Source: Octopus bimaculoides (lineage: Eukaryota). From it: a stretch of 33,961 bases of DNA. A model generated the notes under the pieces. It saw only the letters and a program-made list of their open reading frames with translations. It was not told the origin of the DNA and made no database searches. The stretch is taken from the NCBI RefSeq assembly GCF_001194135.2, contig NC_068986.1, positions 97,243,191 through 97,277,151 of the forward strand, given 5' to 3'. The translations under genes and the position numbers were made by a program. Below, in pieces: positions 22,196-33,735 of this stretch (within the stretch, counting starts at the first letter, position 1; each line of letters starts with the position of its first letter).

Positions 22196-22754
22196 GACTT
22201 GGAAGGAAATAACACAATTATTTTTTGTATACAGTCTCTCCCTCTCATTTCATTTACAAATACATAGACCCTTGTTTGAGGAATTCAATAAGCTAATCTA
22301 TAGACAAAATCGCCTCTTCATCTTTCTAAGACAGAGAAACGGAAGTAGATCTCCTCTGTCCAGTGGCTATAGTGAAATAGTTTGAGTGGTTGTCAAAAGC
22401 GAGAGGAGTGTGGTCAATTCTATGCAACTGCCCAGAAATCACCCTTGACATCTTTCCCAACGATGAAGAAACTATAAATTTAGAGAGGTGTTGCTCCGCA
22501 ATAAATTCTCTGACAGGCGTGTGTGTGAGAAAGGCCAGCATAAACAGGGAAACTGAGTTTGCTCTCATTATGCACAAGTTGGAATCTCTGAAATTAATCA
22601 TAGAAACAATTCCCACCACAGAACAGAACAAAAATTTGAACAACCACCAAATTATAAAGTGTGATATGAAGTAGTTTTGGCTGTTATTTCTGACAGGTTG
22701 TTTCACTACGTAGAGAGTAACGCGTTGGCATGAATATTCTTTGTACGTTTGTAG

Positions 22755-22755
22755 T

Positions 22756-22798
<43 letters not shown>

Positions 22799-23036
22799 NN
22801 NNNNNNNNNNNNNNNNNNNNNNNNNNNNNNNNNNNNNNNNNNNNNNNNNNNNNNNNNNNNNNNNNNNNNNNNNNNNNNNNNNNNNNNNNNNNNNNNNNNN
22901 NNNNNNNNNNNNNNNNNNNNNNNNNNNNNNNNNNNNNNNNNNNNNNNNNNNNNNNNNNNNNNNNNNNNNNNNNNNNNNNNNNNNNNNNNNNNNNNNNNNN
23001 NNNNNNNNNNNNNNNNNNNNNNNNNNNNNNNNNNNN

Positions 23037-23075
<39 letters not shown>

Positions 23076-23125
23076 GTTTGAATGTGCGTGTGTGCGCGTG
23101 TGTGCGCGTGTGTGCGTGCGTATGT
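22755..23125. repeat. (TG)n - gap - (CT)n - (TG/CG)n
   Basis: Direct reading; gap 22799-23036. Confidence 0.9.
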
Positions 23126-24463
23126 GCCTGTTTACGATTTAACCGTATATATAATATATAAGACTACATTATCAACATGGTCTTTTCTGAACTGGTAGAC
23201 TACAAGGGCGTAACTGTTGCTATTTTCGGTATATCATGCATCAACAGAGATATCCCACTCCTTATGCTATATATCTAGAAGTAGTAGATGTATAAAGAAT
23301 ACCTATATTAACAACTTTCTTTAGAGTTAGAGTGATTTCAAGAAGATTTAGCAGCTATTTCTAGCAAATTGTGTAACCGCGTTGAAACTGATTCCGATAT
23401 TATTTATTACGTATGTTACCTCGCGTGCGTGCCTATGCGCGTGTATGCAACATCAAGTATTTAATATCTAAATGAATAGTGACAAGAGGTTGATTTGGAT
23501 TTGGTCACACTAATCATATAATTTACTTTGTATAATGTTAAATATTCATTGATACACAGCTTTAAATTCATGTATGTATGCATGATAATATATACCTACA
23601 GACATATTAATGATAATAGTAATAATCCATCCATCTATTCATCCATCCATTTATATACATGCATACATATATACATACATACGTACATACATATATACGC
23701 AAAAGACACNNNNNNNNNNNNNNNNNNNNNNNNNNNNNNNNNNNNNNNNNNNNNNNNNNNNNNNNNNNNNNNNNNNNNNNNNNNNNNNNNNNNNNNNNNN
23801 NNNNNNNNNNNNNNNNNNNNNNNNNNNNNNNNNNNNNNNNNNNNNNNNNNNNNNNNNNNNNNNNNNNNNNNNNNNNNNNNNNNNNNNNNNNNNNNNNNNN
23901 NNNNNNNNNNNNNNNNNNNNNNNNNNNNNNNNNNNNNNNNNNNNNNNNNNNNNNNNNNNNNNNNNNNNNNNNNNNNNNNNNNNNNNNNNNNNNNNNNNNN
24001 NNNNNNNNNNNNNNNNNNNNNNNNNNNNNNNNNNNNNNNNNNNNNNNNNNNNNNNNNNNNNNNNNNNNNNNNNNNNNNNNNNNNNNNNNNNNNNNNNNNN
24101 NNNNNNNNNNNNNNNNNNNNNNNNNNNNNNNNNNNNNNNNNNNNNNNNNNNNNNNNNNNNNNNNNNNNNNNNNNNNNNNNNNNNNNNNNNNNNNNNNNNN
24201 NNNNNNNNNNNNNNNNNNNNNNNNNNNNNNNNNNNNNNNNNNNNNNNNNNNNNNNNNNNNNNNNNNNNNNNNNNNNNNNNNNNNNNNNNNNNNNNNNNNN
24301 NNNNNNNNNNNNNNNNNNNNNNNNNNNNNNNNNNNNNNNNNNNNNNNNNNNNNNNNNNNNNNNNNNNNNNNNNNNNNNNNNNNNNNNNNNNNNNNNNNNN
24401 NNNNNNNNNNNNNNNNNNNNNNNNNNNNNNNNNNNNNNNNNNNNNNNNNNNNNNNNNNNNNNN

Positions 24464-24522
<59 letters not shown>

Positions 24523-24605
24523 GTGCGTGTGTGTGTGTGTGTGCATGTGTGTATGTGTGTGTATGTGTGTGTGTTTGTGTGTGTATATATAAGTGTCTGT
24601 GTGTG
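24464..24605. repeat. (TA)n/(TG)n microsatellite after gap 23710-24463
   Basis: Direct reading. Confidence 0.95.
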
Positions 24606-24619
24606 CTTTATATTTTGCA

Positions 24620-24996
24620 TGCTTCAGTCATTATAGTGATGTCATGCTAGGGGCCATCTTGAAGAATTTTAGTCGAAGGAGTCGATCCCCGTACTCATTT
24701 TCTTAAGTCTGGTACTAATTCTATCAGTAGTAGTTTTGTTGAACAGCTAAGTTATGTGATCACACCAACACCGATTGTCAAACTTTGGCGGGTGACAAAC
24801 ACCCCCTCTCTCTCACTCTCACACACACACACACACATATATGACAAGTTTCTTTCAGGTTCCGTCTGCCAAATGCACTCATAAGATTTTACTTGGGCGA
24901 AGACATTAGTAGAAGACATTTACCCAAGGCAGCACATAGTGGGACTGAACCCAGAACAATGCGATTGGTAAGGAAATGTCTTACCACGCAGCCATT
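24620..24996 (-). mobile_element. Diverged full-length SINE-B with short internal (CT)(CA) tract
   Basis: Tail CTTCAGTCATT, ACACCAACACCGATTGTCAA, core GTTCCGTCTGCCAAATGCACTCA..AGTAGAAGACA..AGTGGGACTGAACCC. Confidence 0.85.
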
Positions 24997-25144
24997 ATCA
25001 TCTTGACAACTTAGACGAAAAATTTGACCCCAATGTTATTAATACTATCGCGTCCATTTTGCCGAATCTCTAAGTTATGACGGCGTAAAGAAGCCGAGAC
25101 TGGTTGTCGGCCGTTGCAGCGATGAATTCAAAAGCATACGTAGA

Positions 25145-25238
25145 CTCACACTTTCATATGTACATACAAACCTACATACATACATACATACATACATACA
25201 TACATACATACATACATACATACATACATACATACATA
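25145..25238. repeat. (CATA)n microsatellite
   Basis: Direct reading. Confidence 0.95.
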
Positions 25239-25240
25239 AA

Positions 25241-25610
25241 CAGGGGCAGGCGTGGGTGTATGGTAAGAAGTTTACTTCCGAAACATGGTTCTGGGTTGAG
25301 CCTCATTGCATGGCACCTTGGGCAAGGGTCTTCTACTATAACCTCGAGACGACCAAAGCCTTGTGAGTGGAATTAGTAAAAGGAAACTGAAAGAAGCGTG
25401 TCGTATATATATATGTATACACATGAGTGTGTGTATTCTTGTTTGTTTGTGCTCCACGACCGCTTGACAACCGGTATTAGTGTGTTTATGTCCCTGTAAC
25501 TTAGCTCTTCGGCAATAAAGACCGATTGAATAAGTACCAGGCTTTAAAGAATTTGTTCGACTAAAACCCTTCAAAATGGTGACCCTGAAACGAGTGAAAA
25601 ATAAAATACA
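25241..25610 (+). mobile_element. SINE-B with short internal TA/TG tract
   Basis: AGGGGCAGGCGTGGGTGTATGGTAAG head, GGCACCTTGGGCAAG core, CGCTTGACAACCG..TAACTTAGC..AATAAGTAC 3' half. Confidence 0.88.
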
Positions 25611-25658
25611 TACATTCAGACAGACAAAGAGACAGACAGATAGACATACACATACATA

Positions 25659-25693
<35 letters not shown>

Positions 25694-25839
25694 ACAGTTA
25701 CTCCCTTGTAGTCTACCAGTTCAGAAAAGACCATGTTGATAATGTAGTTTTATTGTAAATTATACACTGATATAAAGCTTGAAACATGTGTACCGCAGAA
25801 TCCTTTGTATTTTTGTTGTTATTTTTGGGAATTACAATT

Positions 25840-25949
25840 TATATATATATATATATATATAATATAAATAATATATGAGTATATGCATATATACGTATAT
25901 AAATATATATGTATGCATATATATATATTTGTGTGTGTGTGTGTATTTA

Positions 25950-26016
<67 letters not shown>

Positions 26017-26030
26017 GTATATATATATAT
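25840..26030. repeat. (TA)n/(TG)n compound microsatellite
   Basis: Direct reading; another (TA)n lies at 25660-25691. Confidence 0.95.
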
Positions 26031-26241
26031 GTTTGTGTGCCTGTGTTTGTCCCCCCACCGTCGTTTGACAACCGATGTTGGCGTGATTATGTCCCCGTAA
26101 CTTAGCGGTTCGGCAAAAGTTACCAATAGAATAACTACTAGGCTTACAAAGAATAAGTCCTGCGGGTCGATTTGTTCACCTGAAGGTGGTGCTGCAGCAT
26201 GGCCGCTGTCAAATGACTGAGGCAAATAAAAGAATAGAAGA
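26030..26241 (+). mobile_element. SINE-B 3' half only
   Basis: TTTGTCCCCCCACC..TTGACAACCGATG..CCCCGTAACTTAGCGGTTCGGCAAAAG..GCAGCATGGCCGC..CAAATGACTGA..AAAAGAATAGAAGAATA. Confidence 0.88.
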
Positions 26242-26305
26242 ATATATATATATTATATATACACAAGAAAAAATGCACACACACACACGCACACACACTC
26301 ACACG

Positions 26306-26340
<35 letters not shown>

Positions 26341-26349
26341 ACATAAGAG

Positions 26350-26508
26350 ACGTTTCCGTACTGGCAGTTTCCGTCGAAAAACAATTCACTTACGCAGTAT
26401 TGATCAACCTGGAACTATTGTAGAAAACATTCGCCTAGGGCGCCGCGCAGTGGGACTGAAGTCGAAACACGTGGGTGCCAAGTCAATTTCTTAACCACGC
26501 AGTCATAT
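26350..26508 (-). mobile_element. Diverged SINE-B 5' half only, next to (CA)n 26276-26343
   Basis: CAGTTTCCGTC..GTAGAAAACA..GCGCAGTGGGACTGAA..TTCTTAACCACGCAG. Confidence 0.75.
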
Positions 26509-26720
26509 AAATAAAAATATATTCCCTTACTGTAGTCATTCATTGAATTTGCGGCCGATTATAACAAACCTAGCATTTGTTTTAGTCTAATAGCTATCAT
26601 CCCTATTTGTCTTAGCGCTACGTGCAGTATATAAAGAGTAGCATCATAAACAATGAACTTGTAAGCAGTTATATGCACATAAATAGTCATACATGCACGC
26701 ATATATATATGTATGTATAT

Positions 26721-27102
26721 TGTTGGCACTCCGTCGCTTACGACGTCGAGGGTTCCAGTTGATTCGATCAACAGAACAGCCTACTCGTGAAATTAACGTG
26801 CAAGTGACTGAGCACTCCACAGACACGTGTACCCTTAATGTAGTTCTCGGGGATATTCAGCGTGACACAGTGTGACAAGGCTCGCCCTTTGAATTACAGG
26901 CACAACAGAAACAGGAAGTAAGAGTGAGAGAAAGTTGTGGTGAAAGAGTACAACAGGGTTCGCCACCAGCCCCTGCCGGAGCCTTGTGGAGCTTTACGTG
27001 TTTTCGCTCAATAAACATTAACAACGCCCGGTCTGGGAATCGAAACCGCGATCCTATGACCGCGAGTCGGCTGCCCTAACCACTAGGAAATTGCGCCTCC
27101 AC
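26721..27102 (-). mobile_element. SINE-C, full-length copy
   Basis: Highly similar to 12338-12897 end to end; small GAGTGA-type indel; possible TA-rich TSD ATATATGTAT. Confidence 0.9.
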
Positions 27103-27516
27103 ATATATGTATATATTCTAAATTTAATTCACAAAGTATTTGGTTGAGTTCCTAGTGAATGACATTCATCCAAAGTTTTCTACACTAGATTCAAACTTGT
27201 GAGTTCATGGTAGCGAAATAGATTTTATTTTTGTTGTTTTATTACACAAATTTACCTGTGAAATAAATACAAATGCGCAAATATACTTGCGAGCAGACAC
27301 ACTCACGTACACGCTCATGTACACACTCACGTACACACGTACGCACGCGCACGCATGCAGATATATAGTCCCCTCCACCAAATTCTAAGAAGTAAAAGAT
27401 TAACAGTGGCTTTGAATTTTAGATTCATCAGACAGTCTGATACTTAAGTTGGCAAAATTAAAACAAATGTTATAACATTTATGTAATATGGAATAGAGGT
27501 AATTCTTCAATTGATG

Positions 27517-27519
<3 letters not shown>

Positions 27520-27565
<46 letters not shown>

Positions 27566-28035
27566 ACCTTACGTATACACAGCGAAAGTCCGAGCACACG
27601 TGTGCTCGTCTGTGTGTGTGTGTTTAGCAGTCATCGCTTTTAAATTTCCTTTTTGACAAACCTAAAATAAATATAGACAATACTTTCCAGAAATACGATT
27701 TCTAATACTAAAGTATCTTTAGTCTGTGAAATCACAACATGTTAGCTAACAGCGAGATGAATATAAAAAGATGAGATAAGATAAGAAATCCACATTATAC
27801 AAATCATTGCACTTGGAATAATCACGCGAAGCTAAACAGACAACACAGCGCTGGAGTAGTCGCACACTCTGATAGCAGACGCGGAACGGAGGATGTTGTA
27901 TAAACAGACACACGCTTTAATTATATTCTGATGATACAGCTCTGAACAATACATACATACATACATACATACATACATACATACATACATGCACACACAT
28001 ACACACACACACAGACACACACATATATTTATATA

Positions 28036-28079
<44 letters not shown>

Positions 28080-28355
28080 TACACACACGCACACATACAC
28101 ATACACACACACACAACTCTATTATGCTGACAAAAGACTGATTTTTTGGTGCTCTCTTTTAGACACGGGAATTGTATAAATATTCACATGCTTTAATTAT
28201 ATACTGGTTATACTGCGTTGGCCAACTATACTATACCATACAATACAATAGTATACTATACTATTGTATTGTATACTACACTGCACTACACTACACTATA
28301 CTATATTATACTGTAGTATAATATACTATACATACATACAAACATATAATATATA
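27520..28355. repeat. Microsatellite cluster: (TA)n ~27520-27562, (CATA)/(CA)/(TA) ~27948-28115, (ATACT/TACAC)n ~28225-28335
   Basis: Direct reading; gap 28356-28896 follows. Confidence 0.85.
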
Positions 28356-28964
28356 NNNNNNNNNNNNNNNNNNNNNNNNNNNNNNNNNNNNNNNNNNNNN
28401 NNNNNNNNNNNNNNNNNNNNNNNNNNNNNNNNNNNNNNNNNNNNNNNNNNNNNNNNNNNNNNNNNNNNNNNNNNNNNNNNNNNNNNNNNNNNNNNNNNNN
28501 NNNNNNNNNNNNNNNNNNNNNNNNNNNNNNNNNNNNNNNNNNNNNNNNNNNNNNNNNNNNNNNNNNNNNNNNNNNNNNNNNNNNNNNNNNNNNNNNNNNN
28601 NNNNNNNNNNNNNNNNNNNNNNNNNNNNNNNNNNNNNNNNNNNNNNNNNNNNNNNNNNNNNNNNNNNNNNNNNNNNNNNNNNNNNNNNNNNNNNNNNNNN
28701 NNNNNNNNNNNNNNNNNNNNNNNNNNNNNNNNNNNNNNNNNNNNNNNNNNNNNNNNNNNNNNNNNNNNNNNNNNNNNNNNNNNNNNNNNNNNNNNNNNNN
28801 NNNNNNNNNNNNNNNNNNNNNNNNNNNNNNNNNNNNNNNNNNNNNNNNNNNNNNNNNNNNNNNNNNNNNNNNNNNNNNNNNNNNNNNNNNNNNNNNTATA
28901 TATATATATATATATCTTATTTACATCTATTTAATGCTATTGCCATCTTTTTTACATTTAACTT

Positions 28965-28999
28965 GTATGTAATTATTATTATTGTTATTATTATTGTTG

Positions 29000-29093
<94 letters not shown>

Positions 29094-29180
29094 TATTATT
29101 GAAGTAATTTTATTATTATTATTGTTAAAGATGATGATGGTCTTATCGTTGGTGTTGCTGCTGTTGGTATTTTAGTTATT
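28965..29180. repeat. Long (TTA)n with degenerate (GAT/GTT) flank
   Basis: Direct reading. Confidence 0.95.
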
Positions 29181-30166
29181 AAGGCGCTGGACCAGTAGAA
29201 TCGTCAGTTAGCGCGACGGATAAAATGCTTAGCGCTATTTCTTTCGTCTTTACGTTTTGAGTTCGAACTCCGCCGATGTCAACTTTGCTTTTCATCTTTT
29301 CGGGGTCGACAAAATAAAGTACTAGTCGAATACCGTGGTTGATGCAATCAGTTTGCCCCCTCACCCAAGTTTGCAGGTTTTGTGCCTATGGCAAAAGCGA
29401 TTATTATTAATATTTTTGTTGTTGTTGTTGATGATGTTTGTGCTTTTAGTACTATTAGCGTTGATGTTGCTGTCATTAAGTGTTGGATTGATAGAATCGG
29501 TTGAGCGTCGTAAAAAAAAAAAAAAAAAAACTTAGCAACATTTCTCCTGACTCTTTACGTTCAAATTCAGTCGAGGTCGACTTTGCCTTTCACCGTTTCG
29601 GGGTCGATAAATTAAGTACCAATTAAACATGGATTCGCTGTAAAAATAGGTGGACCTGCACCAAAACTTGAAACCATAATAATAATTATTATTATTATCT
29701 TTGTTGCTGTTATTTTTGCTATTGCTAATGATGATAATGATGTTCTTTTTGTTGGTGTTGACGTTGTTGTTGATGTAATTATAGCACCGATTGGTACAAT
29801 CGTTAGAGGGTCGGAAAAAATACTTGCCGGCTTTTCTATCGGATCTTAAGGCTCTGAGATATAATCCCAGCGTGGTCGATTTTGCTTTTCATCCTTATAG
29901 TGTCAATGAAAAGAAATCCAAGTCAAGTATTGAGGTAGAGTAAGTGACTTACCCCTCTCCTTAAAAACTGCCGGTTCTCCTGTGCTAAAACTTGAAACCA
30001 TTTCAAATTCCGCCGAGTTTGACTTTGCCCTACATTCTTTCGGGGTCTATGAAGTAAATACTGGCTCAACACTAGGCTCATTGTAATCGACTAACTCCTG
30101 CCATCAAAAACTTCAAAGAAGCCACCACCATCATGATGATCATCACCATGATCATCGGGATTATTA

Positions 30167-30211
<45 letters not shown>

Positions 30212-30545
30212 AGGCGCCGAGCTGGCAGAATTGTTAACACGCCGGGAGAAATTCTTAGCAGCATTTCGTCAGTTTTCTCGTTCTGAGTTCAAATTCCGCC
30301 GATTTCGACTTTGCTTTCATCGTTGGAGGACAATAAAATGCGTACCAACTGAGCACTACTGCTGACGTAATCACCTTAACCCCTTCCTCGGTACATACTG
30401 GCCTTGTACCAAAATGGGAAACCATTATTATTATTATTATCATTATTGTTATTATTGAGTTGAATTCTCAGAAAAGTTATTGAACTTTTCGTTTTGCTTT
30501 CAAATAGCGCCGCGGTCAACTTTGCCTTTAATCATTTCGGGGTCT
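29181..30545 (+). mobile_element. Array of about six SINE-A copies or fragments (29181-29396, 29470-29677, 29780-30000, 30001-30110, 30211-30426, 30460-30545) interleaved with (TTA)-type tracts
   Basis: Repeated GAGTTCAAATTCCGCC / GGTCGACTTTGCCTTTCA..TTTCGGGGTCGATAAA; several end TTGAAACCA-(TTA)n. Confidence 0.85.
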
Positions 30546-30611
30546 GTAGAGGGCAACCCTCAAAAAGCTAGCCGGGATCATAAATTTGCGTTCAGTGTAA
30601 AGAACAAATAC

Positions 30612-30695
30612 TAATACCAAAATGCTTGCAGTGGGATCGAACCAACAACCACGTGGTTGCAATGCAGGCCTTGTTAACCGTGCAGCCATGCTTGC
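30612..30695 (-). mobile_element. Isolated tRNA-like SINE head (SINE-B-like)
   Basis: On -: GCATGGCTGCACGGTTAACAAG ... GGTTCGATCCCACTGC. Confidence 0.55.
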
Positions 30696-30927
30696 ATCCA
30701 TTGGTGTATAGTATAGTTAATCTTTGTTATATTATTATTCAAAATGAACATGTATAGTTGTTATTTTGGTTAAGGGAACTAGGGTTAAGGGGAAAAGTCT
30801 TGTCAAAACTTTTCATTAAGATATAAACTTTTATCAAAGTAATTAAACAAACGATATTTGAAGTCTCTTAACTGGCAACATAATACGTGTAGAAAATGAC
30901 AGCTAAATTTATATATTGACTTATGTT

Positions 30928-31150
30928 GGTGAAGGCACGTGGCCTAGTGGTTAGGGACTTTCGCTCCCAATCGTGAAATTGTAGTTTCGATTCCTAGACC
31001 GGTAGTGCGTTGCGTTCAGCACCGAAAGCTACAGCGAAGAGAAGAAGCGCATTGTGGTTAGCGGTGTGTGACAACATCTGATAGTTTGGTCAATACAGTC
31101 GCAATCAACCAGTGATTATAGATTATATCGCCGTTGGCGTTAAGTCGTAT
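30928..31150 (+). mobile_element. Degenerate tRNA-headed SINE, family unassigned; 3' limit uncertain
   Basis: GGCACGTGGCCTAGTGGTTAGGG (A box) ... GTTTCGATTCCTAGACCGG (B box), similar to the SINE-C head, but the body does not match SINE-C. Confidence 0.5.
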
Positions 31151-31404
31151 CCGAGTGGCAAATCTGTAGAAGAGGTTGGACCCCTTCATCTTGATGGAAG
31201 CGAAGGGTCTCGGTGCCTGAATTAACAGTTCAGGCCAAGGGTAGTGTAGAAGGCATTTATCAAAGGGGAGAGTTTGTGGGGGTCAAGGAAAGGAAAATAG
31301 CACTGATCTCTCCCTCTTGATGTCTGTTATTTTCCATCAGGTCTGTTCCGTCGAAGATGACATGCGCCCACTTTGATTGTGTATATTAAACCAAACACCC
31401 TCGC

Positions 31405-31570
31405 CCCCTAAAAAACAGAAAATATACAGAAGCCAAAAACAGAAAAAGACAAAAACCAAAATAAAAAAAAAACAAAGAACAAACAAACATACACACTAAA
31501 CAAAAAAAAAAACCTACAATAATAATAAAAAAAAACAAAAGAAAACATAGCAAAAAGAAAAAAAAAAACC
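31405..31570. repeat. A-rich low-complexity tract
   Basis: Direct reading. Confidence 0.85.
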
Positions 31571-31956
31571 TAATGTTCACTGTTTCGAAACAGTCAACTG
31601 ACAAAATGTTCAAATAAGCTATTAACTGAAATTTATTGTTTTCTATAACATTATTCCGTGAATTATATCTTTTCTTTTCCTGTTACACTTCTGGATGACT
31701 TAGTTATTCTCACACCTTTATGCTTTCATCCTAGTTTCAATAATTTTCGAGGGATGACTTATGACTAAAAATCTACCGTTTGATAAGTTTTATTTCTACA
31801 GTAAATTACACAACAGATTACATCTTAAATTATAACGTTCAAATACAAAAAACAAAAAAATAAAGAAGAAATAAAAATAAAAAAGGAAAAGAAAAGGGGT
31901 AAAGCAGCAGAAGTTAGAAGGGGGAGGCGTGTTTGTGCATTTCGGTATTGACATCA

Positions 31957-31977
31957 ATCTATCTATCTATCTATCTA

Positions 31978-32026
<49 letters not shown>

Positions 32027-32253
32027 TTTTCTGTCTATCTATTTGTCTATCTAACTATCTACCTGTCCCAGTCTTTCTCCATCCACTCCCTCTGTTTGAA
32101 TATATGTTAGCATATACAAGCATATGAGTGCCTGTGTGTGTGTGTGTTCGTGTGTGTGTTTGTGTATGTGTGTGTGGTGCTATGTGCTTTGTGTACATGT
32201 CAGTGGGAAAGCGAGAGAGACGGAAAGATAGATAGCTAGAAGGAGAGAAAGAG

Positions 32254-32302
<49 letters not shown>

Positions 32303-32322
32303 TAGAGAGAGAGAGAGAGAGA
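31957..32322. repeat. (TCTA)/(TCTG)n, (TG)n and (GA)n cluster
   Basis: Direct reading. Confidence 0.9.
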
Positions 32323-32616
32323 AAGGACAAGAAAGGCCCAATCGTTAGGGCGTTGGTTCGACTGTCATGGTTGCATTCTTAGAACAGGTGGTGCCCTCTG
32401 TCAATTCAAATTCTTGCAGTCTACACAGCTAAAAATAAGTACCGACTTTCTTTCCCGCAAACTATCTCAAGCTTAATGTTCCGCTGGGCCATGGCATATA
32501 AACCTTGGCTATCTCTGCTTCTGACTACATAGATACACACAAGAACGAAAGCGTCATACACGTTATCAAATGGTACTTGCTTCGAAGTAATGGCTACTCG
32601 TGTGTGCATATATATC

Positions 32617-32651
<35 letters not shown>

Positions 32652-32709
32652 GTATAGATATATATATGCACACACACACACACACACACACGCACAAATT
32701 TGTTGCGAT

Positions 32710-33030
32710 CGTTAGCCTGCGGTTATGCCGGGACACATTCTTCAAATGATCTGTTGATCAATTCGACCCCATTATTAGAAGAAAATTCTAACACACCGGC
32801 AAGTTACAGGACATAAAGAAAAACAGCAGCAGTTGTTAGTCGGTGAGAATCAAACCGAAGTTCAAAGATGTAGCACACACACACGTATTCGCACTGACAC
32901 TTTTGTATGGGGTGAGATTCTTCGAAGCTTCTTTGTACCAAATTCATTCACAAGGCACCCAAGATTCCGAGCATTGAAAGTGAATATTGACATATGGCTG
33001 TAAAGCGAATTCTTTAAGCCTACGACCATG
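32710..33030 (-). mobile_element. Very degenerate SINE-B
   Basis: CTGCGGTTATGCCGG..CAATTCGACCCC..AAGTTACAGGACATAAA..ACCAAATTCATTCACAAGGC follow SINE-B segment order with a (CA) remnant in the expected place. Confidence 0.45.
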
Positions 33031-33039
33031 CATGAGCTA

Positions 33040-33040
33040 G

Positions 33041-33095
<55 letters not shown>

Positions 33096-33430
33096 CTCTT
33101 TCTATTTATCTATCTGTCTGTCTGGCTGCCTGCCTGCCTGCCTGTCTGTCTGTCTGTCTGACTGTCGATGCATGTATANNNNNNNNNNNNNNNNNNNNNN
33201 NNNNNNNNNNNNNNNNNNNNNNNNNNNNNNNNNNNNNNNNNNNNNNNNNNNNNNNNNNNNNNNNNNNNNNNNNNNNNNNNNNNTATATATAGATAGATAG
33301 ATAGATAGATGTATTTACTACTGTACGTGTGCATATATATATGTATATATATATATGTATGTATGTATATATGTGAGTGTTGTGTGTGTGTGTGTGTTTG
33401 TGCGTGTGTGTGTGTGTGTGCGTCTGTGTG
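33040..33430. repeat. (TCTA)n/(CCTG)n - gap - (ATAG)n/(TA)/(TG)
   Basis: Direct reading; gap 33179-33283. Confidence 0.9.
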
Positions 33431-33469
33431 TAAATACAGTTTATATCGATACTTATATCTGTATCTGTT

Positions 33470-33682
33470 ATCTTTTGCTTCTTTCACTCATTGGACAGCA
33501 GCCATATTTGGGGACCGACTTGAAGAATTTTAGTGGAATGAATCGACATCAGTACTTATTGTATCGGCCTGTTTGTCAAACGGCTATGTTAGAAGGACAC
33601 AAACACACCAGCGCCGGTTGTCAAGCGATAGTGAGGGACAAATACATTCACGTACACACGTATATTCACACACACACGCACG

Positions 33683-33735
<53 letters not shown>

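Larger units (their letters stand above)
23163..25748. repeat. 57-bp inverted repeat pair (23163-23219 and 25692-25748)
   Basis: ACTACATTATCAACATGGTCTTTTCTGAACTGGTAGACTACAAGGG(C/A)GTAACTGTTG; 56/57 identical in opposite orientation. Confidence 0.9.

Noticed and set aside
29181-30545. Regularly recurring GTCGAC/TTTCGGGGTC motifs resembling a repeat-spacer (CRISPR-like) array
   Set aside because: They are internal motifs of diverged SINE-A copies in eukaryotic DNA; no constant repeat length and no cas genes.
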